A stretch of DNA of 64,000 bases. Source: a virus. The notes beneath the pieces were generated by a model. That model was not told the origin of the DNA, made no database searches, and saw only the letters and a list, made by a program, of their open reading frames with translations. The DNA is taken from positions 28,194 to 92,193 of the IMG/VR virus record IMGVR_UViG_3300027754_004232; one strand, written 5' to 3'. This document shows positions 59,813 to 64,000 of this stretch, one piece after another. The first letter of the stretch is position 1. Each line of letters opens with the position of its first letter. The position numbers and the translations under genes were made by a program.

Positions 59813-62800
59813 TTAAACTAATCCCCCAATTCTGCAAATAGTTGGATCTGATAAGGATGAACCTTGAATTTCTGCGTATTTACTATCGTAATTAGTTCTG
59901 GTCGTAGAAATTCTAATAGTGTCAAAAGTATTAGCTGGCATTCCAGAAACAGTGACTAATCCAGTATTTGAAATTGTAACTGTATAGTTTCCACCTGATT
60001 GATAACTATAAGTAAAATTAGCATCATAATTAGTAATTTGTACTGTAAATCCATCTAGTGTTGATGTTACTGAACCAAAAACTGGAGTATTAGCTACATT
60101 TGCAATAAAATTTATAGTTACACTTTTTCTAATTATGTCTGGAAACAAACCAGTTTGTTCATTAAGTGGAAGAGTTTGCGTACAGCAAAAAGGACCAGTA
60201 TCAATTTTATAAAAATCAATTACAATACTAAAATCTTCTGCTAAATTATTTTTTACTTTAAAAATAAATGGCGTTAAGGATTGTGTTGGACATACCCAAT
60301 TATAATTAAAATTATTTAATCCAAAATAGGGTATTCCTTGACTACAACTAGGAGAAAGATCAAACTGATATGGAGTAATATTTGTATTTTCGCTTAAGAA
60401 ATTTGATAAATCAACAAGCTTACTGTCAAAAACATTGCAATTTTGAATTGATGAAATTCCAGACTCATAAATTGTAATATTAAGTGCGGTATTAAATTGA
60501 AATTCAAAATATTGATCATATGTTAAGTTAACAGTTAGCGGAAGAGCAGAAATATTCTGCCCATTAAGACCTCCTGTTATTTCACAACAGTATTCACATG
60601 CAGGAATACTTGGTGGTGGAACAATTGGAACATTTGGAAGAGTTGGAACAGGAGAAAATGGAGGACTATCACTTATACATTCTCCATAGAAACAATATTG
60701 TGGTGGAACGCAAATTGTTCCACAATCATTACAATTAAAGCTATCAAATAATACATTTTTACAAATTCCATCACAACATTTAAATGGTGCTGGACAAGAT
60801 GAATTACAGCTTCCACAATTAGTAATGCTGTCAAGAATATCTACACAGCTTCCGTTGCAACAAGCCGTTCCAGTGCCACAAACAGTTTCACAATTTCCAC
60901 AATTTGCTTCATCTGTTAGTTTGTTAACAACAATACCCCCACAACACGATTGACCTGTTTGTAAACGCTGACCACAACCACCACAATTATCTGAATCTGT
61001 ATCTAAATCTACACACGCACCATTGCAGCATGTTAGTCCTGCACCACATGCGTTTCCACATGTTCCACAATTTGCTTCATCTGCCAATAAGTCTTTACAT
61101 ATGCCAGAACAGCATATTGTTCCATATAAACAAGTAACTCCACAAGCCCCACAATTTGATTCGCTTGTATTTAAATTTACACATGTTCCGTTACAGCATG
61201 TTTCTCCTACATCACAAGCATTTGTGCAAGAACCGCAGTGCTGTTCGTCTGAAAAATAATTATAGCACCCTCCATTACAACAAACATCTTGTGGACCACA
61301 AGCATAATTACAAGTGCCACAATTATCTACATCTTGAGAAAGTTCTTTGCATACTCCATCACAACATGTATAACCTACAAGACAAGAATTGTAACAACTA
61401 CCACAATTTGCTTCGTCTGTATTTAAATTTTTACATGCTCCGTTACAACATGTTTCTCCTATAGCACATACATTTCCACATGTTCCGCAATTTGATTCAT
61501 CTTGACTTAAAATAGAACAAACTTTAGGTAAGGCAGGATTTGGATTTGGGCAACAACTGGCTTGTTCGCTTCCGCAACAATAACCATCACAACACATTCC
61601 ATTTGGACAAATAGTTCCACAAGCACCACAGTTATTTCTATCTGTCTTGGTATTTTTACAAACGCCATTACAGCATAGTTCATTTTCCCCACAAACAACT
61701 CCACATGCCCCACAATTTGATTCATCAGAATTATAATTTGTACAAACACCATTACAACATTCATATTGTTGATTACCAATACCAACCATGCCACATTGAT
61801 TTCCACATGTGCCACAATTAGATCTGTCTGTTTGAGTATCTATGCATGAATAAACCCCATCTTTTTCACAGCATGTTTTACCAGCATCACAAACATTCCC
61901 GCAAGCACCACAATTTGAAGAATTCAACTTGCTTACACAGATAGGAGTAAGCCCACCCGCTGGATTCTGGCAACAATTTGATTGGCTATTACAAGCATTA
62001 GAAGGATCTAAACAGCCTGGGTCGTATGACTTTTCTCCTTCTCTTTGAACACAAGAGCCAGCTACACATTCAACCCAAATCCGTTGTACATAACTACCAT
62101 TCTCATCTACATCATATTTAAAGGCTTCTTTTCCAGAGGTTGTAACTCCGTTTATTATAAGAAAACATTCATTAGTACATGATCCGCAATGAGTAAGACT
62201 TGCTTGCAAATCTGTGCAACTACCATCACAACATTGTTTTCCATTGGTGCATGTTTGATAAGGGGTCCAGCCAGGATAATTACAACCACCACATTGAGTG
62301 TTATCAGTCATTAGATCTACGCAAGTACCAAAACAACAATGTGTTCCTGATGGACAAACATTGCCACAAGTATTGCAATTATTATCGTCAGTACCATATT
62401 TGCATACTCCACCACAACACAATGACCCAACTCCAGTTTGATTATCTGTGCAATCATTCCCGCATTCGCCACAACTTAGTGGGTCTATTTGATAATCTCT
62501 GCATACGCCATTACAGCATTGTTCTGGAAATACACACTGATTTCCACATGACCCACAATTATAAAAATTGCTTGATGGATCTATGCATCCTGCTGCTGCA
62601 CCAAAAATTGGATTAGCAGGAGCACAACAAATTTTACCTTGTGGTTCACAAAAACCATACAAGCAATCACATGAGTCAATACTACAACAGTAGCCATCTT
62701 TACAATAACTTCGAGCACCACAATCATTGCCACAATCACCACAGTTTCGAGCATCACGATATATATCTACTGCTACGCCACCGCAACATGTATTAAAAAC

Positions 62801-63436
62801 AGGATCTGAAGTTATATTATTATAACAACTTCCGCAATTGGTTTCATCTATCTGCAAATCTACGCAATGACCACCACAACATTTTTGACCTCCTGTGCAT
62901 GGACCATTACAGTTTTCACATGCATCATCAAGCCACCCAACATTTTTACATGTTCCATTACAACATGTTTCTCCTGCACCACATACTTTTCCGCATGATC
63001 CACAGTTTCTATCATCAGTAGATGTATCAATACAAGAAGAAACGCCATTTGCTACACAACATGTTTTGCCATTACAATTACGACCACACCCACCACAATT
63101 TTGATTTGTGCTTACTAATACTCCCTCACAACAAATTTGATTAAGTCCAGTACGATTTCCACATGCACCACAATTATTATAATCATTATAAAATATACAG
63201 TAACCATTACAACAATTAAATCCAGCAGCACATGCTGGAATACATGGTCTTCCACCACCAGTAGTACCATTTACTGTAAAAACATTTATTTCTTCATTTG
63301 GATCAAAGTACTGCTCTTGCCAAAAAAGAACATTGTCGATATTTACTGCTTGATATATACACACATCTAAACTTAAAATTTCACCTTCATAAGATGGAAT
63401 TATTTGTAAGTTTGATGGTTCAATACAATTAGACAT
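59813..63436 (-). CDS. Cys-rich repeat protein (~25 STIG1-like CC.G.C.....D..NCG.CG..C repeats) with C-terminal beta domains
   Basis: Repeats are visible in the translation. ATG at 63436 has an AGGAG Shine-Dalgarno. Confidence 0.8.
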   Translation of the reverse strand: MSNCIEPSNLQIIPSYEGEILSLDVCIYQAVNIDNVLFWQEQYFDPNEEINVFTVNGTTGGGRPCIPACAAGFNCCNGYCIFYNDYNNCGACGNRTGLNQICCEGVLVSTNQNCGGCGRNCNGKTCCVANGVSSCIDTSTDDRNCGSCGKVCGAGETCCNGTCKNVGWLDDACENCNGPCTGGQKCCGGHCVDLQIDETNCGSCYNNITSDPVFNTCCGGVAVDIYRDARNCGDCGNDCGARSYCKDGYCCSIDSCDCLYGFCEPQGKICCAPANPIFGAAAGCIDPSSNFYNCGSCGNQCVFPEQCCNGVCRDYQIDPLSCGECGNDCTDNQTGVGSLCCGGVCKYGTDDNNCNTCGNVCPSGTHCCFGTCVDLMTDNTQCGGCNYPGWTPYQTCTNGKQCCDGSCTDLQASLTHCGSCTNECFLIINGVTTSGKEAFKYDVDENGSYVQRIWVECVAGSCVQREGEKSYDPGCLDPSNACNSQSNCCQNPAGGLTPICVSKLNSSNCGACGNVCDAGKTCCEKDGVYSCIDTQTDRSNCGTCGNQCGMVGIGNQQYECCNGVCTNYNSDESNCGACGVVCGENELCCNGVCKNTKTDRNNCGACGTICPNGMCCDGYCCGSEQASCCPNPNPALPKVCSILSQDESNCGTCGNVCAIGETCCNGACKNLNTDEANCGSCYNSCLVGYTCCDGVCKELSQDVDNCGTCNYACGPQDVCCNGGCYNYFSDEQHCGSCTNACDVGETCCNGTCVNLNTSESNCGACGVTCLYGTICCSGICKDLLADEANCGTCGNACGAGLTCCNGACVDLDTDSDNCGGCGQRLQTGQSCCGGIVVNKLTDEANCGNCETVCGTGTACCNGSCVDILDSITNCGSCNSSCPAPFKCCDGICKNVLFDSFNCNDCGTICVPPQYCFYGECISDSPPFSPVPTLPNVPIVPPPSIPACEYCCEITGGLNGQNISALPLTVNLTYDQYFEFQFNTALNITIYESGISSIQNCNVFDSKLVDLSNFLSENTNITPYQFDLSPSCSQGIPYFGLNNFNYNWVCPTQSLTPFIFKVKNNLAEDFSIVIDFYKIDTGPFCCTQTLPLNEQTGLFPDIIRKSVTINFIANVANTPVFGSVTSTLDGFTVQITNYDANFTYSYQSGGNYTVTISNTGLVTVSGMPANTFDTIRISTTRTNYDSKYAEIQGSSLSDPTICRIGGLV

Positions 63437-63446
63437 TTTAAAACTC

Positions 63447-64000
63447 CTATATATGACCAACTGGTCTAAAATAATATATTGTGCTGGGCAAAAGCCCAGT
63501 GACAGTAACAGTATGTGTTGTGGTTAATTGTGTATTTTCTACTGTTGAATTTTGATAACCATAATTTGGATAAGTCGATGGAGATAAAACCTGTGTTGTT
63601 TCATATAAAATACGACTAGTTAAAGGAATTAAACTTTTCCAAATAACTGTTACTGATGTTGTTGTTCTTGCAGAATAAGTGATGTCGTAAATCATTGAGC
63701 TTGGAATAGGCGTTGGAGTAGGAGTCGGGCTTGGGCTAGGTGTAGGCGATGGCGTTGGACTAGGAGTCGGGCTAGGTGTTGGGCTAGGAGTTGGGCTAGG
63801 TGTTGGCGTAGGCGTAGGTGTTGGAGTAGGCGTAGGTGTCGGTGTTGGAGTAGGCGTAGGAGTCGGTGTTGGCGTAGGAGTCGGTGTTGGAGTAGGCGTA
63901 GGAGTCGGTGTAGGAGTCGGTGTTGGCGTTGGTGTAGGAGTAGGCGTAGGTGTCGGTGTAGGAGTCGGTGTTGGCGTTGGTGTCGGTGTTGGCGTAGGTG
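63447..64000 (-). CDS. 3' end of a (PT/PS)n-stalk plus FN3-like protein; gene starts beyond the window
   Basis: Frame continues upstream of 63695 as PTPTPSP repeats to the window edge. The FN3-like domain is homologous to that in 57421..59811. Confidence 0.75.
   Translation of the reverse strand, partial: PTPTPTPTPTPTPTPTPTPTPTPTPTPTPTPTPTPTPTPTPTPTPTPTPTPTPTPTPTPTPTPTPTPSPTPSPTPSPTPSPTPSPTPSPSPTPTPTPIPSSMIYDITYSARTTTSVTVIWKSLIPLTSRILYETTQVLSPSTYPNYGYQNSTVENTQLTTTHTVTVTGLLPSTIYYFRPVGHI
63708..64000 (-). repeat. 6-bp-period coding repeat, Pro-Thr / Pro-Ser
   Basis: ggNgtN and gggcta hexamer tract running to the end of the window. Confidence 0.9.

Noticed and set aside
59813-63436. Cys-rich and mucin-like proteins as a sign of eukaryotic or giant-virus origin
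   Set aside because: The genes have Shine-Dalgarno sites, no introns, and are contiguous with tailed-phage neck, tail and TMP genes and bacterial-type DnaE, DnaB and SSB.
1-64000. Stop-codon reassignment as in some large phages
   Set aside because: Conserved genes read full length in the standard code, and TAA, TAG and TGA all occur as gene ends. The dnaE break is separated by two whole genes rather than a single stop.

Overview
AT-rich 64-kb segment of a large tailed dsDNA phage genome (standard genetic code, densely coding; no rRNA, tRNA or CRISPR array recognised). It has two convergent blocks meeting at ~23.8 kb. Plus strand (1-23.8 kb): replication and recombination genes (intein-containing RecA, DnaB helicase, primase, dNMP kinase, Cas4-like exonuclease, NUDIX, a DnaE-type polymerase split into two intein-less genes around a DnaQ-like exonuclease, SSB), then a ~10-kb glycosylation cluster with PhoH, a NUMOD3/Vsr-like endonuclease and a Rad52-like annealing protein. 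Minus strand (23.8-64 kb): virion morphogenesis genes, namely Pro/Thr-stalked and Cys-rich (STIG1-like) putative surface proteins, putative neck and tail-completion proteins with an embedded GT2, a major tail protein, putative chaperones, a 4908-aa tape measure protein (TMP) and tail-tip proteins. The most notable observation is the TMP, which looks like a polyprotein: six copies of a 'GG..D(T/K)VPA.L.PGE.V' module with flanking (F/Y)AxGG motifs separate cargo-like segments that include an HPD J-domain, a possible PD-(D/E)xK nuclease and a membrane hairpin. Other highlights are the split DnaE, a possible virion glycosylation system, and a candidate late-promoter motif GGTGTAWTA. All functional calls come from motif recognition by eye; no searches were run.
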